Part shown: positions 34,201-46,771 of the stretch, in pieces
Numbering within the stretch: position 1 is the stretch's first letter
How the letters are laid out: every line of letters starts with the position of its first letter
Assembly (NCBI GenBank): GCA_013115125.1
Contig: JABANN010000257.1
Span: 1-46,771 of the forward strand
Origin: Perkinsus olseni
Taxonomy: Eukaryota
DNA length: 46,771 bases
Reading direction: 5' to 3'
Program-made: the position numbers and the translations under genes
The notes under the pieces: model-generated
Database searches by the model: none
Told to the model about the DNA's origin: nothing
Seen by the model: the letters and a program-made list of their open reading frames with translations, nothing else

Positions 34201-37200
34201 AGCGCAGTGGTCATGAGTATCATCACAGAGGTCTTCCACAAGCTGTCTCAAAGCACCAGGGAGGACATCCGGAATCAGCTGTACTCCAGGCAGGTGTTCA
34301 TCACCTTACGGGAGTGCATCGGCCTCTGCGCTCGGCCCGACATCCAACTAAGGGCCTACGAGATACTCTATAACATGGCCATCACCAGAGTGCATGACCC
34401 AGAGCTTTGGAAGGAGTTCGGCTTGTTGCGGTACGCCATCAAAGTGGCTCGTCTGGTCGCTACTCGTGCCAGTCGTCTCGGGCCTGAGGGGAAGGAGCAT
34501 GCGGAGCGAGTATGGGCGTTGCTCTTGCGCTCTTGTCTGGCTTTGATTTCGGGAGACCTCGCCCCAGTCTTCATCGAAGCGCTGCACCGCTCGGAGCATC
34601 TGCACTCCTTCCTCAAGTACCACTTCGACCGTGTGCAGAGTCTAGAGGGGAAGGCGGATGAGTCGTCCACCCATCGGGAGCTCTGTACTGTGGTAGGCGT
34701 CTTCGTCCAGCACTTCTTCATAAGCTCAAGCGCCAGTGCGGCTTCGAAGATGTGGGCCCAGTGGCGGTCCTCGGGGTTGATCGACCTTTTCCATCGGGAT
34801 ATCGAAGGATACCTTAACCGAGGGGCGGCGGAGAATGACGCCGCCTTCGACTCGGTCTGCTGGTTGCTGGTGCTCGGCTTAGACCGTGGTCTGCTGCGCA
34901 TAGCGGAGTGCTCGGGCTCCGAGAGGTTCATTGAGGCCTTGGGCCTCAGGGCTAGACACTTGGCCGGTTTCCTGGTGCCGCCATTGCACTTGGATAACAA
35001 GGCAGCCGAAGAGCTGTGGCAGCAGCCTCGGGGCGGAGAGGTGCTCCGTAGGGGGTTCATGGCGTACAAGCTGCTGCTTACGATGGTCTTGACGCTCACC
35101 AGCCGAGAATTAGAGAAGGGAGAGTCTCAGAGGCGGCTAGGGGCGCTCGAGCCGCTGGGAGAAACACTGCTCCGGTGCGCTATGGCTAGGGACGAACGCG
35201 TCGCGGACTTGGCGGCTGTGGCAGTGATGGAGATCTCGCGGGAGGTTGCCATCACCGAGGCCCTTTCGCAACACAGCCTCACGCAGGCCATGATAGCGGC
35301 GTTGCATGGACGGGGCGCGGACGGCTCGAGTGACGTTGTGAAGTGGACGGACACCAAGTGCAGGAGTATATCTACGGCCCTTTCGAGGCTGTGTCAAAGG
35401 TCTCCGGGGAAGATGCTACGGCATAGGGAGCAGCTCCTGGCGGCCCTCTCATTGGAGCCGGGGACGATCCACGAGGACTTCCAGTGGAGCCTTCACCGTG
35501 CTGCGGCCTACCTAGCTCGCTTCTCAGGGGAGCGTGTTGGTGACACTATGGCCGTCCTCCAAGGCGTTGCTGGAGGGTTTGGTGAGGAGAAGCTGGAGTA
35601 CCTGCTCAGCTGTGCTGATTGGAGGCCACCAACAGCAGCAGCAGGTTCGGTAATACCGATGCCAAGGGAGAGCATCATTGACGACGTCCGTTACTACAGC
35701 CAAGTGACCCTAGTACAGGCCTGCACTTATTCCCACGAATTCCGTGAGAATAGTAAGTATCACTTCGACTATGAGTATGTCGGCGGGAAGGAGGAGACGG
35801 TATCCGACATGAATCGCCTGTTGACCGCCTTGCACGTGTGGAACTGCGTCGGTGTGAAGACGGCGGGCTACGAGAGAGCATTGGCGAGCTTCGTAGAGCT
35901 CCTGGTAGAGGGACAAGGAGTTGACTACTCAGACAAGCGGCTCAAGCAGCTGCTCTCGGCGTTGCTCAGGACCATCGCTGATGCCAAGGACGACTCCATG
36001 TGGGTGGCCAGAGTTGTTAGAACAAGGGCGTTCTATCAGTTGCTGGACAAATTCGCTGGAGGGGCAATCGCGGCCAAGCCCGAGGAGGTTAACGAAGTCG
36101 CTGTGGTGGATCAGGCGCTGTACTGCTGCATTCGGTACCTAACCCTATCAGTGCAGCAACAGCAGCAGAGGGAGGAGGCCGGGGTAGCGGCACCCTGGAC
36201 AGCGGCGAGCCAACCAGTCAATGACCTTCATCGAAAGCTATGCCGGTGGATTCCTGAAGGAGATGCTCTTAGATCGGCCACGTCGAGGTTCAGAGCAGTA
36301 CAGTACCTAGGGGCGCTTGCGGGCTTCGCGGATATGTGCCGAGGCTATGTCGAACGAGAGCAGATGGAAAGCATGGAGGAGGATATGTCCAAGCTGTCTC
36401 TGGCCCATCTACTGCGCTACGATCAGAGCTCCGAGTACCTCAATTTCCTGGCAGCATCAATTCTGTCCAAGTCGCCGTCCAGTGTGACGACCACGCATGC
36501 TCTGCTGGTGGTTCGGACGGTCAACTACTTTTTCCATGCTCAGGATGGGACGCACACTCCTGATGAAATCAGAGCGGTCTTGGCGCTACTCGTGCGAGAT
36601 CATAATGCTAAGAATTACCTCACCTGTGAGGGGCTAACGTATCTTCTTAGAGCTGTAGCGTGCGATATCGAGGTCAACCTCGAGGGTTTGTGGCTGGAAG
36701 ATATTCTTCGTGTCATGACAGAGACGGTCGACGACAGTGGCTGCGGTTCGGTACTGGCAGCTGCCGATCAGGCTGACCGCCTCTGGGCTGAGCTCTTGTG
36801 CGAGATCGTCCGGTCCTGTAGAACGGTGGCTCGAAAGTGGGTCGACCGGGAGGAAGCTACCATGTTTCCGACCCTCTCGCCGGAGGCCATCCTGCACGTC
36901 ACGTTGAAGGCTTTCGGGAGGTTCCACAGGGACCTCGAGCTCCCTGGAAGGTTGCCTGGTGGGAGCTACTCTCAGATGCAGACGGGAATGCTGAGGGACA
37001 TGCTATACACTATGCAGACGTTGATGGTCTATTGCAGGGAGGAAGGTCGGCAAGTTGAGTGGGCTAAGGTTGACTGCCCCTGGCTTGAGGCTGTCTTGGA
37101 GATCGCTCAGACGAACCTTTACGGTCGCGGGAGCTCTCACATATCGGCCGAGCTTGGGAAGGTTATCTACGTCCTGGTCGTTTGCGGTTTCTCCTTCACG

Positions 37201-40200
37201 GACCGGCACTTCCCTGAGCTTCTCGGGGAGTGCGCGTACGGTGCGAGCCCGGATACAGAGGACGCCAGAACGAGAGAGATCGCCAGCGTGTCGAATGCTG
37301 TTTTCATAACTGCTTCTGGCAGCCAGGGCGTGTCTTACATCAGTCGAGCAATGACTAAGGTGTTTGACGATGTCGCAGCCTTCATGCTCAGAGTGCGGGA
37401 TATCGGTGATGAACAGCAGAGGCTCTGGCACTACCGAGCCATCGCCTCCTGGACCAACATGACCAAGATTGTTAACCAGATCGTTGCCTACGATGAGAGC
37501 GTTGAATACATACTGGAGATGCTACAGGAGCCTTCCTTTGCCAAGTACAGCGCCGTCATTGTCCATAACATAGCTGCTGTGCGCAGTGACTTCACGCTGT
37601 CTTCCGAGAGCTTCCTCGAGGCAGTCATGTCCTGCTATATCTCCAGCCTGGGCCGGGAGGGAGAAGTTTTCGGTAAGGTTGTAGCGTCAGATGAGCAGCT
37701 AGCTGTCACTCTTCCGAGACTGCTCCTGTCAACGATACGATTCTCTCTCCTGGAAGGACCCGCAGGCGACAGTGGGCTTGTGCTTAATGGTGATAGATTT
37801 GAAAGAGTCCTCGAAGTCTTCGTCAGAGTACCGCAGAGGGAGCTGCCCATCATACTCCCTTGTATCGTTCGAATATGCTCTGATGGTGGACCAGGAGCCC
37901 GCCAGGAGCTACTCGGTCGCCCGGAAGTTGTAGAGAGGCTGTGGAAGGTCGCGATGGCCTCTCGAGGAGCCGAGCTAGTTGCCAGCGCAGCCCTGCAAGT
38001 GTCGTCCTTGGGAGTGCCGTACTGCCCTGGGAACCACCGCCAGCAAAAAGCCGAGTCAAAGCCCAGGGAAGGCTCGAGTGCCGAGGCACAGCAAGCAGGT
38101 CGGCGGAATCTGTACTTGCTAAAGGCAAACCGAGACTCGAGCAAGATGCGCGAGAAGGAAGCCGAGCAGAGTGTGAAGTTCATTGACCCGAAGTTTGTGG
38201 AGGATGCTGTATGGATGATGGCAGCCTACTGTACAGCATCAGTGCTGTGGTCAGAAGGCTCTGAGTCGCTAGGCATGCACTGTGATGAGCACCAGGCCAT
38301 GGAAGTCGTCCGCAAGGTTGAAGGCGTCTGCATGTGGGCGTTGGGAGAGGGCACGCAGGGTGCCGAAGCGTCGAAGGCGAAGTCCCATAGAGAGCGGCTC
38401 GTTCTGGCATCTATGGACCTTCTGTCCTTCGTATCCGCCAACCACTTCGTATTGCCGGACTACCTACCCGTCGTCAATGGCCTGGCCAGGATAGTCGCCC
38501 TACTCCTAACAACCCAATCCGATAACCCCAAGTGCCGTCAACTCATCACTGTTATGTGCCAACGGGCTCTGCTGCATCAGAACGTCACTATATGCAGCGA
38601 TCTGATCGACCGTCTGGACACACTGCCGGATCTTGCTGCGGAGATGGTAGCCCGGTGCATGGCCGAACCTCTCGAGGAGCCCCTTCCTAGTATGAGATGC
38701 GTAACTTTTATTGAGAGATTCACTGAGAGGACCCTTCAGAAGGGCACACACACAACGCCCTCTGGGAGGGAACAATGCCTTCTGGTCTTCGCTGGGCTCA
38801 TGCGGGCCATGCTTGTGCAGCCTGAGGTCGCCAAGGAGCTCATCATGCGGAAATCGGGCGCCGAGGCTGTAAGGAGGATGCTGTCCATTCTCAACCAGTT
38901 TGGCAGTGCGGCCAAGACTGTGCTGCAGTCCATTTACGGTCTGCTGCGTCTCGTGCTGGTTCCGCACTACACGACCTTCGCAACTCGAGGACCGAACCTT
39001 AGCCTGAACGAGCTGTTCATCACAACGCTCTCAAATGCCCTACCGCCTCTCGTCGGCGTTGACGCCACCGACAAGCCTGGCTGGGCTCAGCGGTTCATGC
39101 ACACGGGAATTTACATGGTCTACGCGGCTTGTGTGAAGGCAGGGGGCGATGGAGACGACGACGAAGTGGGCAGACTTAAAGGAGCTGCTGAAAGCGCAGC
39201 TTTACTGGTCAGGTCGTTACGAGACTGGCTGCGGATGCCTTTATACGCAAGAAGCTGCACATGACACTAGGCAGGCTCCTTCGCGCCCTGTCGAAGGGTC
39301 TCGCTAGTAGCGAACACGCTGAGGATACGATGATGAAAGTGCGCATACTACTGAGTACTTTGGTGCTCTTCGGAGAGAGATACCCGGAAGTGCTAGTCCT
39401 AACACGGGATGACATTGTAAGTGTCGTGCTGCTGTATGGGCTGCGATTTGGCATGCGACCAGGTGCCCGCTCTGGCAACGGTCTTGAAGGCCCCAGGCGT
39501 GTGCAGCACATTCGACGTACATTTTATAGGATACGTTTTGATGAGGTTCCGCACAGCGAAGATTTACATATCAGAAGCTCTACCGGTTCTCATTCCCCTC
39601 TTGCACCGAGCCCTCGAGCAGGCCAAGCTGAGCGGGTGAGGAAATTCAGCAGGACATAGCAGGTCTATCCAACAGTTTCGCACGACTTCTATGAAGGAGA
39701 ATCCCTTCTTGACACGTAGCGTACTCCCACTATGATCCTAGAGTATCGCATTCTCGAATATTTATAGCATAATATTCTCGGCAAAAGCGCCATGCTCGTG
39801 ATGATCTTCGGTATCTATCTGACCTACGAAGTGAGGGAATGATCGGGCAAGTCAGCCCATGTACAGAGGCACCCAAGGGACCATGTTGTGAATCACAACT
39901 TGTGATCCATTGTATTTGGGCGATCACCATTGGATCCAAGCTTCCCTATCGCCTGCATGCAACTTGTGAACTTCATTCCCGACCAAAGGCGATGGCCTCG
40001 TTCTTAGATTCGCCGCAGCAGGCACCTCGAGTTCGGATGGAGGCACTCAAGCTATACCTGCATGTGAGAGGTTCTTCAGCGTCTTCAGCAAAGTGAGAGT
40101 TCGCTCTGCAGATGCCGGTGGCAGTGTCATCTCGGAGAAGGGCGGCATGGCATTCGTCAGAGACTGCATGGAGCACAACTTGAGGATAGGCTTGCTCTCC

Positions 40201-43200
40201 ATAGCAAAGATCGCCTCCCACTCCGGCGTCGATACCTCTGCTGCCGCCGACGAACAAGGGAAGCAGATAGCCTCACTGGTGACAAAGGACATAGTGGGAC
40301 TCATGTTCCGAGTGTTAGGGACGGACCTGAAAGTAAGTTAGCCTGGTCGGAGCGGAGTGCCGGAGACAATGCCCAGGCACTTCTATCTGTACTGGCAGTC
40401 TTGTGTGTTGGTGGGGGACACAGAGCTCAGCTCAAGCTCATCGATTTGGGTGTTAGTGATGAGCTTGAAAGGATGGTCGAGAGCCTGGACTCCATGGCTA
40501 ATGTAGGTGGTGCCTCTCGATGCTGCTGTTGAAATGACGTTGATCTCAGAGTGATAGTCAGTCACTTCAGCTCTCGGTCCTTTGGCTAGAGTGCGCCACT
40601 GCTCTGCTGTCGACAAGGGCGGACCTGCGTCGTAAACTCTGTGCCGAGAAACCGTCCTTCGTGAGGTGGTGCATGCAAGTTGCCGGCCATTTGATATCCC
40701 ATCTCAAGCCCAACAGCAGATCGATCTCGCGAGTCTACGGCACTCTCCTACCAAAAATTGTAGGGAAGATTTTCAAAGATTTGCTCAGCGGAGAGTGCAG
40801 CTTGCTGAGTGATGGCGATCGGAAGTGTCTCTTCGACACAGTCCTCTTGCCGCTGGTGGCTCGATCGTACTCCGCCGCATTACGAAGTCTATGTTACGAA
40901 ATCACGGGCCAAGTCATTAGACCCGCGGATATAGTCCATTCAAACTTCGCGGCTATTGCATGTCGTGCACTGCAAGCGACCTCTCACGCCACTGCCGAGT
41001 CTGCTGCCAAGTGAGGAGCTGCTAGTTATGATGGCACTTGGTGTAACCCTCTCTTGGTCGCAGTTGCGTGACCGCCTTGTTGCTCGGCGCCGGCCCGGGC
41101 GTTGAGAGTCTCGTACGGTACTACTTCCTAAGACATGGGGCGCGATTGAACCTGTTGGAGGGCCTCCTAGAACGCTGTACGGACGTCGACGGTTCGACCA
41201 ATCTCAAGCCGAGTACAAGTCTGGCCCTACTGAAGTAGCCAACAAAGCGTGACCCGACGGTCGCTTCTCATCCTGTGGCAGGTTGTTCGCCCTTGTAACC
41301 AAGGATGATAGCATAGAGTGCATCCAGTACCTGATGCACCTCCGCCGTCTCGATGCCCTCCTTGGTCTGGTCTCAAGCCGTAATGTAACGCGGCAGCAGG
41401 TAGCCAGGCGTTGGCTCGTGGACTTCTTCCAAGTGTCTGAGGTGGGCTGCTAAAGACCGTGGCGAGCTTCACGATATGCACCTCTCGTTAGAGTCAGCTT
41501 TTGGTGGTTGAAGATGCTGCAGCGAGGAGCACCCATGAGGCGCTTCTCACGCTGGCTCTGCATGCTTCTGCTGCTAGTCGGAGCCTCTTGAGGAGGTAAC
41601 CCTGCCTCACGTTGGGTATAACCGAGGGTCATCCAGCAATACAGTGAGAGTCACTCGCCTGTTCCCGATAGGACTTTCTTTGTCTACGTCAAGCGAACGG
41701 TGGATGACATGCTGGACTTGAGGTTAGGATCTGGCCTGGCAGACTTCCTCAGCCCTCGGGTAGCTCCTCCGTACCACTATCTACTGCCCTTGGCCGTGGT
41801 CCACTCATCAGGTCCTCGACCTTCTCACTGACATGTGCAGTACTTACAAGTCCCGAGGTGGTGGCGATGACCTTACTGAGGTGCTCATTTTCAAGTTGCT
41901 CCAGTGGTCTGTCCGAGAGAAGCGGTGAGCCTATATCGCTTCGCTCCGCCTCTCACTCTGCCGCTTTTTGCTCAGTGACGGGCTACTCGAGAATATGCTT
42001 CACAGCGAGACCCTGATGAAGTTCCTCCTCAAGGCCTGCTCGCCCAGCGTGGCAGATGCCGCCGCCGTCCCTCTGTCCAACAAGTCCCTTCGCCTCGTCG
42101 TTGAAATGCTTCGGATTGTCCCAGCGGTTAGTAACTCCACCGGCGCGGAAACGGACCCACCCCAGCTTCCATGTCAGATAAGCTCGAAGAAGCTCATTGG
42201 CCATCATGGTCTGCTGGCTATTGCACTAAACGCGATAGACCTTTGGCCGCCATGCGTCACTACAACGCTTGTTCACGTCCTCGGTGAAAGTGTGCTTGGC
42301 GTAGGCAGCTCTCTTCACGAGGGCTCCCCCAGGTGAGCCCTTCTGCCATGGTAACGAATCATGGACACTCAGCGTCTGAGCGACAGTGCGGCCCCCACAC
42401 CAGCTTACCAGGCGCTGGTGTTTGTTCCTGAAAATCTTACCTCCAGCCCCGGACTCTTCGTGTCGATCCTCAGATTACTGGATGAATCGCCTAGTCTTGG
42501 AGGGCTCCTGGTGAAACTGATCGCTCGCTGCCCTCATCGTATACACTCCCGACTGGCTTGCCGAGCTCTGGCTACGATAGCTAGGATACCTCACAACCAA
42601 GAGACTATGCTCTCAGAAGCATCCACGTGAGGATTCTACTACGCTCCGCTCGATCTATCTCAGCCTGTCGTCGCAGCTCGGTCGACTCTTACCCACAAGT
42701 ATTTGCGAAACTCTCAGGCCTGCGCCTGCCCCTTTCGCGTGCCTAGGTACGTTTTGAAGCAGTCATCGACGTCGTCACATGAAGGTGGTTCTACCGGTAG
42801 CAATACAAAACCTATCCCACTGCTTTGGGACTTGTACCATTGCCTGCTGGTGGTTATGAAACAGTACAAGTTAGAGGCAATCTCTCCCGTGAGTTTGGTG
42901 TCCCTGTGCTAGCCTTGTGACTAGGTCGAAAGGCGGGCGAGTGGGCCCGAGCACTGGGATACTGCTCACCACCATCGAGAGCTCACCCTCTTGCTCGTCC
43001 TCGTGTGCAACCTGCTAAACCAGGACAAGCTGGGAGACCTAATTCTCAATCGCCTCGTCATTGGTGGTCACCGCTCCGGTTTATTCTACCCAGCAATTCT
43101 CGTGCTGGTCCCTCAGGATTATCCCCGTTCTCCGCAGAAGACACATCGTCCGAGCTGGTGGGCCTCTTGCTAGACTGTTGGCATCGTCTGCCTGTCCTCG

Positions 43201-45883
43201 CTATACCACCCAAGAGAGGGGGTTCCGACGATGAGGGTGTCGAATCCGATACCATGCGGAATGCCGGGTGAGGATGGTCTCAAACTTCGCCGAACCGCAC
43301 TGCTAGGCTTCGTAGATTCCTAGCGTTCACGGCTAGTCGGGCTCTGCACGTGCTATGTAACATCCTCCGTTACAAGCCGATCTGGGTAGCCATGCTACAC
43401 GATGCTGCTGCGGCTTCGAGTGTGGCCTCCGGCCTCCATCGAATCCTCACATCCCCGACGTCAGCGAGCTGCTTCTGGACCGTTGAAGACCTGAGGATGG
43501 GCGTCCGGATCGTCCTCATTTGCGCCTATAATGTGTCTGTGAACACCCATCTCCCGACTGAGCTGCCCAGCGACTACCGCTCTTGCCCGATGTCACAGTC
43601 GGAGGTTGAGCGCTACTTAGTTGCGCACAGGCTGGCGTGTGATCATCTCCTGTCCGGCGAGATCATGCTGGCCTTACTAAGCGCCGTCGATCGCCACCCC
43701 GACCCTCACTATGGGGATCGTGCGCTACTGCGGCTGATGACAATTTTGATCGGCAGTGGTGGATTCAGAGACCCAGTCACCGGGTCTGAGGTCTCCACTA
43801 TGTCTTCCGCTAAGCTGCTATCTATGCCCTCTCAGCTCTGTCCTGATATTCAGTAAGTTTTGTCCCTCATCTCTGCAGTGCTAACGCTGCACGCCGGCCA
43901 TGGTCCTTTTAGAGCACGTCGTATCATCGTCGGTCTGGCTGGCCCCCTCGAGCCGGCCACCGCTCAGCCGTCAGGCCAGTGGCTGCTTATTGCAGCGTCA
44001 CAATACCCGAAGCTCATTCTGAGTACGGTGACACGGTAGGGATGTCACATCACTGGAGTAGCTCTTGGCGGAGGAATTCCGCCAGACTCATAGTCCGTTG
44101 TATGTCGTCCGAGGAGGAGCTGACGATGGTCCAGGGCTGCATGGCTGCAACAGCATTGATAGTGCTGATGGATGCTCGCCGGGGCAAAGTGAGGTCTCAG
44201 CGCTGCGGCCTCCTTGGTTGCGAAACCTCCATCAGGGGCACTTCCTCGCCGAGTTTGTCGAGGCTTGTGCGGCACAACCCCCAGTCCAGAGACTCTTGGA
44301 TGCTCTGCAATCCGATTCCTATGCGACGCATGGAGCTGTACTCGCTCTGATCGCGACAATCTCAACCATCAGGTGATGTTGTTCCCTGTTGGCTGAGGAC
44401 TCCTCTGTCCTGCCCTCTTACAGACTAGCCATCACCTCTGAGACCGTCGCTGGAGCTTTCGTCAGCAACTACTGGCATCTTGTTGGGGAACTCATCGGCA
44501 GCCTCGCCAACTTCGACATTGACAATAAGCTTTACCCCGTGAGAATGCCCGGAATGGCTGTTAGTCCCCGGCATTGAGAAGTGCAGATGACGACTCCACA
44601 TCCTCTGGACGAGAGCCAGCCGCTTCCGGCAAGCATACCCTATGGCCTGTTCTTCCACTATCTTCACCACACTAAGAGCCGTCTCGACGATACAGTCTGC
44701 CGCACCGTTCGAGATTTGGCGCTGTACATGCTCGCAGTGTGCGTATGCCCGCCAGAGAGAGAACTTCCGGGAGTGACGGCACCTCGGTAAGTGCTTTTCT
44801 GAGTTGAACCAACTCGATTTTTGTGAATACGCAGGGGCAGCTTGCTGTGCTCGGGCCATCTCAGGTCACCAGCTTTGGCGAGGGGTGGTGAAGGCGCGGA
44901 AAATCTGGCTGCCGGTGTCCCCTCCGCCCCTCCCCTGTTGATGGAGGCTCTCGCCATGTATGCCTTGGACTTGACGCGGCAAGTGGATGAAGAGGCGCGG
45001 AGAATGAAAGCGGACGAGACCAACAGGCAGCCGCAGACGCTGGCTGCTCTGGCCAGTTGCATGTAGTGAGCGGTCTTCATTCCTGGCCTTTCCAAGTCGA
45101 ACTCATCGGACACACCTGTATCTGCGGTACTCGCCAACCTGGCGCTTTAGGTTGGGCCTTTACAACTGCATACCACACGCCCCCGCTGCTGCGATGGCCT
45201 CGGCCCATCTGCGGGCAGTCTCGATGGCTCAGTTCATTCGAACCGGCACAAACCCAATCGTCAATGCAGAGCTGGTCTGTGATCGGACCGTCGGTGTGCC
45301 AGAAACGAATTCCCAGCTCTTCCGATGTGACCGAAGGCTTCGGCTTCTCGAGCTGTGCTCGCTCACCCTCTCCTGCGTGAAATTGGGCCTGGGGATCATC
45401 GAGCTCTCTTGGGGTGCGTGCGGTTATGGTTCAGCGCTCGTCGCGAAGCAGGAGGGCGGCAGGGACCTCATTGCCTTCATGATCAAGCATATCGTCAATC
45501 ATTTTGGTGGGCCCAACCGGGCCATGCTGCGCCTGCGAGCTCCACCGTGGGACAAGGTCCTGTTCAAAGAAGGTGGGGTAGCCGTCCCCGCTTTGTTTTC
45601 ATTCAGCAGCTTCGGAGGGTTCTCTGCCGTAGGTATATCTTTATTCGTTGCCAAGCTCTTCTTGGATGCATGTGGTTATGACAGCAACCTCGAGATGATT
45701 GAGATGCTCGGAGGGCAACGGGCTTTGCTGGCTTTAAGTCGCTACAGCGAGGATTGCATCATGCGCCAGCAAGCCACAGTCCTTCTAACGAAAATGGCGG
45801 TGATGGTGGCCAAATCCGGGTCGATAGATGACGATCAGAGTGCAGGAACGTCATTGGATGGAAGCATGGCTGCAGGACAGTGA
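25294..45883 (+). CDS. Giant armadillo/HEAT-repeat protein with an internal PDZ domain, multi-exon (roughly 5,000+ aa by estimate)
   Basis: N-terminal Vac8-like ARM repeats after splicing: KILRAGGWSKAIQPLLSSLDREAQ|VYAALAAANLTSSDISHDVLCEDGAIPELLQVAHDSDEPDLVVYGLLALGNLA, VKVAALFALSNLT, RVMAQALEVIRGLSVH. Leu/Ala-rich helical exons continue throughout. The C-terminal piece IEMLGGQRALLALSRYSEDCIMRQQATVLLTKMA is ARM-like; stop at 45883. No intergenic-looking gap was seen, but not every junction was verified, so it could be 2 or more genes. Confidence 0.7.
32728..33041 (+). other. PDZ domain within the giant ARM protein, split by intron 32853-32923
   Basis: ESFTLTFTEVDVPRVGLKMSWQLPLPLVKHVFPEGPADRKGE|VREGDFLLAINGDTSVVTQDYSTSIEPLLLQRPLKLTF matches the PDZ pattern (G-phi-x-phi strand, V..V.P.GPA...G.V..GD.LL.ING, RP..L.F). 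Confidence 0.8.
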
Positions 45884-45934
45884 ATTGATAGTCTTCGTTG
45901 CCGTACGGCCACGCTGAGAGTTGAGTTACTCAAT

Positions 45935-46771
45935 ATGAGCGACCTTGGGACGAATCTACCATCGATAAACCTAGAAAACCTGACCGTTACGGCCAGGGCA
46001 CTCCGATTCCAACAGGTCAATCTTCATCGGGCTCTCCATCATCAACGGATTGGGACTCGGAAGAAGAAGAAGACAAGTTTGTGTCATGCATCATGAGTAG
46101 CAATGGCTACATACACGAGGCTCTGCACAGTACAGACTGCACTCATCGATCATCTGCGGAGGCACCGACTTGAACTACGAAAATGGTGAAGAGGATCATT
46201 TCTTTCATGTAGTATCTATAGCTGAAAACACCCTAGCACAGCGGGTTTCCAAATTCGCCTCGGTACAAACACAGGGTAAAATGGCTTCAGCCCAGGTCCT
46301 ACCACTGGTAGGTGTGGAAGCACGAACGGACTTTGATGACAGTTCAATTCACTGGGCGTGTTCAAAGGACGATCCGCGTGCAAGCCATCATTCTCACCAA
46401 CCGCGCACGTTTCCGAAGAGGCGCGCTCGTACTCTCCTATTGGAAAGTGGCGTCCACTTAGTGGGCTCTGTCGAGACCGTAGACCGTAAGTGTGCCCAAA
46501 CGCCTCATCACAAAATGGGTTATTGCACAGCCGGAACCTCGGCTTCGTCTCACCTGAAGGTTACCTTGCTCTCAGTTGAGATTATATCAACTGCCTGAAC
46601 GCGACGCAATTACTGATATCAAACGCTGTGTTACACCTGAACTTATGAAGTGACAGAACCGATCAACTCTGATGGCAACAACTTGTTGCCATGTTGCTGA
46701 ACTCGGCATGGATAACATCGCTCGAGACACTTTGGTGAAAGAGGTTGCTTCCGCAACAAGGCCGTTGATGT
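45935..46771 (+). CDS. Possible 5' part of another multi-exon gene (hypothetical)
   Basis: ATG 45935 MSDLGTNLPSINLENLTVTARALRFQQ is followed by a CAG|GT donor-like site and short candidate exons. No recognisable domain, and the strand assignment is uncertain. Confidence 0.25.

Noticed and set aside
34129..39264. 1711-aa ORF as a stand-alone gene or mobile element
   Set aside because: It has a non-ATG start, is bounded by splice sites, and shows no RT, integrase or transposase motifs. Its composition matches the flanking helical-repeat exons.
1..46771. CRISPR arrays, rRNA genes, intact tRNA genes, prokaryotic operon signals
   Set aside because: No regularly spaced repeat-spacer array, rRNA-like sequence or complete cloverleaf was seen, and the gene structure is eukaryotic.

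Overview
Compact, intron-rich eukaryotic DNA. Short (~45-110 nt) GT-AG introns, tight gene packing and gene content resemble an alveolate such as Perkinsus, but the taxon is inferred, not proven. From left to right: the end of a probable hAT-type DNA transposon (1-72); a ~9.8 kb multi-exon + strand gene whose spliced exons match RICTOR/Avo3 (TORC2 subunit) from N- to C-terminus and which the ORF track shows only as fragments; an intronless bacterial-type MmpL/RND transporter (-); a multi-exon ankyrin-repeat gene (-); a degenerate tRNA-like sequence; two tandem ABCG half-transporters with identical intron positions (+); an intronless isocitrate lyase with substitutions in the succinate-binding pocket (-); a small hypothetical gene (-); and a ~20.6 kb armadillo/HEAT-repeat gene containing a PDZ domain and one ~5 kb exon (+). 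The best leads are the intron-poor MmpL + 2xABCG + ICL block (possible lipid handling module, partly foreign), the altered ICL active site, an exact 25-bp inverted copy of ABCG coding sequence upstream of ICL, RICTOR itself, and the giant ARM-PDZ protein. All homology calls come from remembered family motifs, not database searches.
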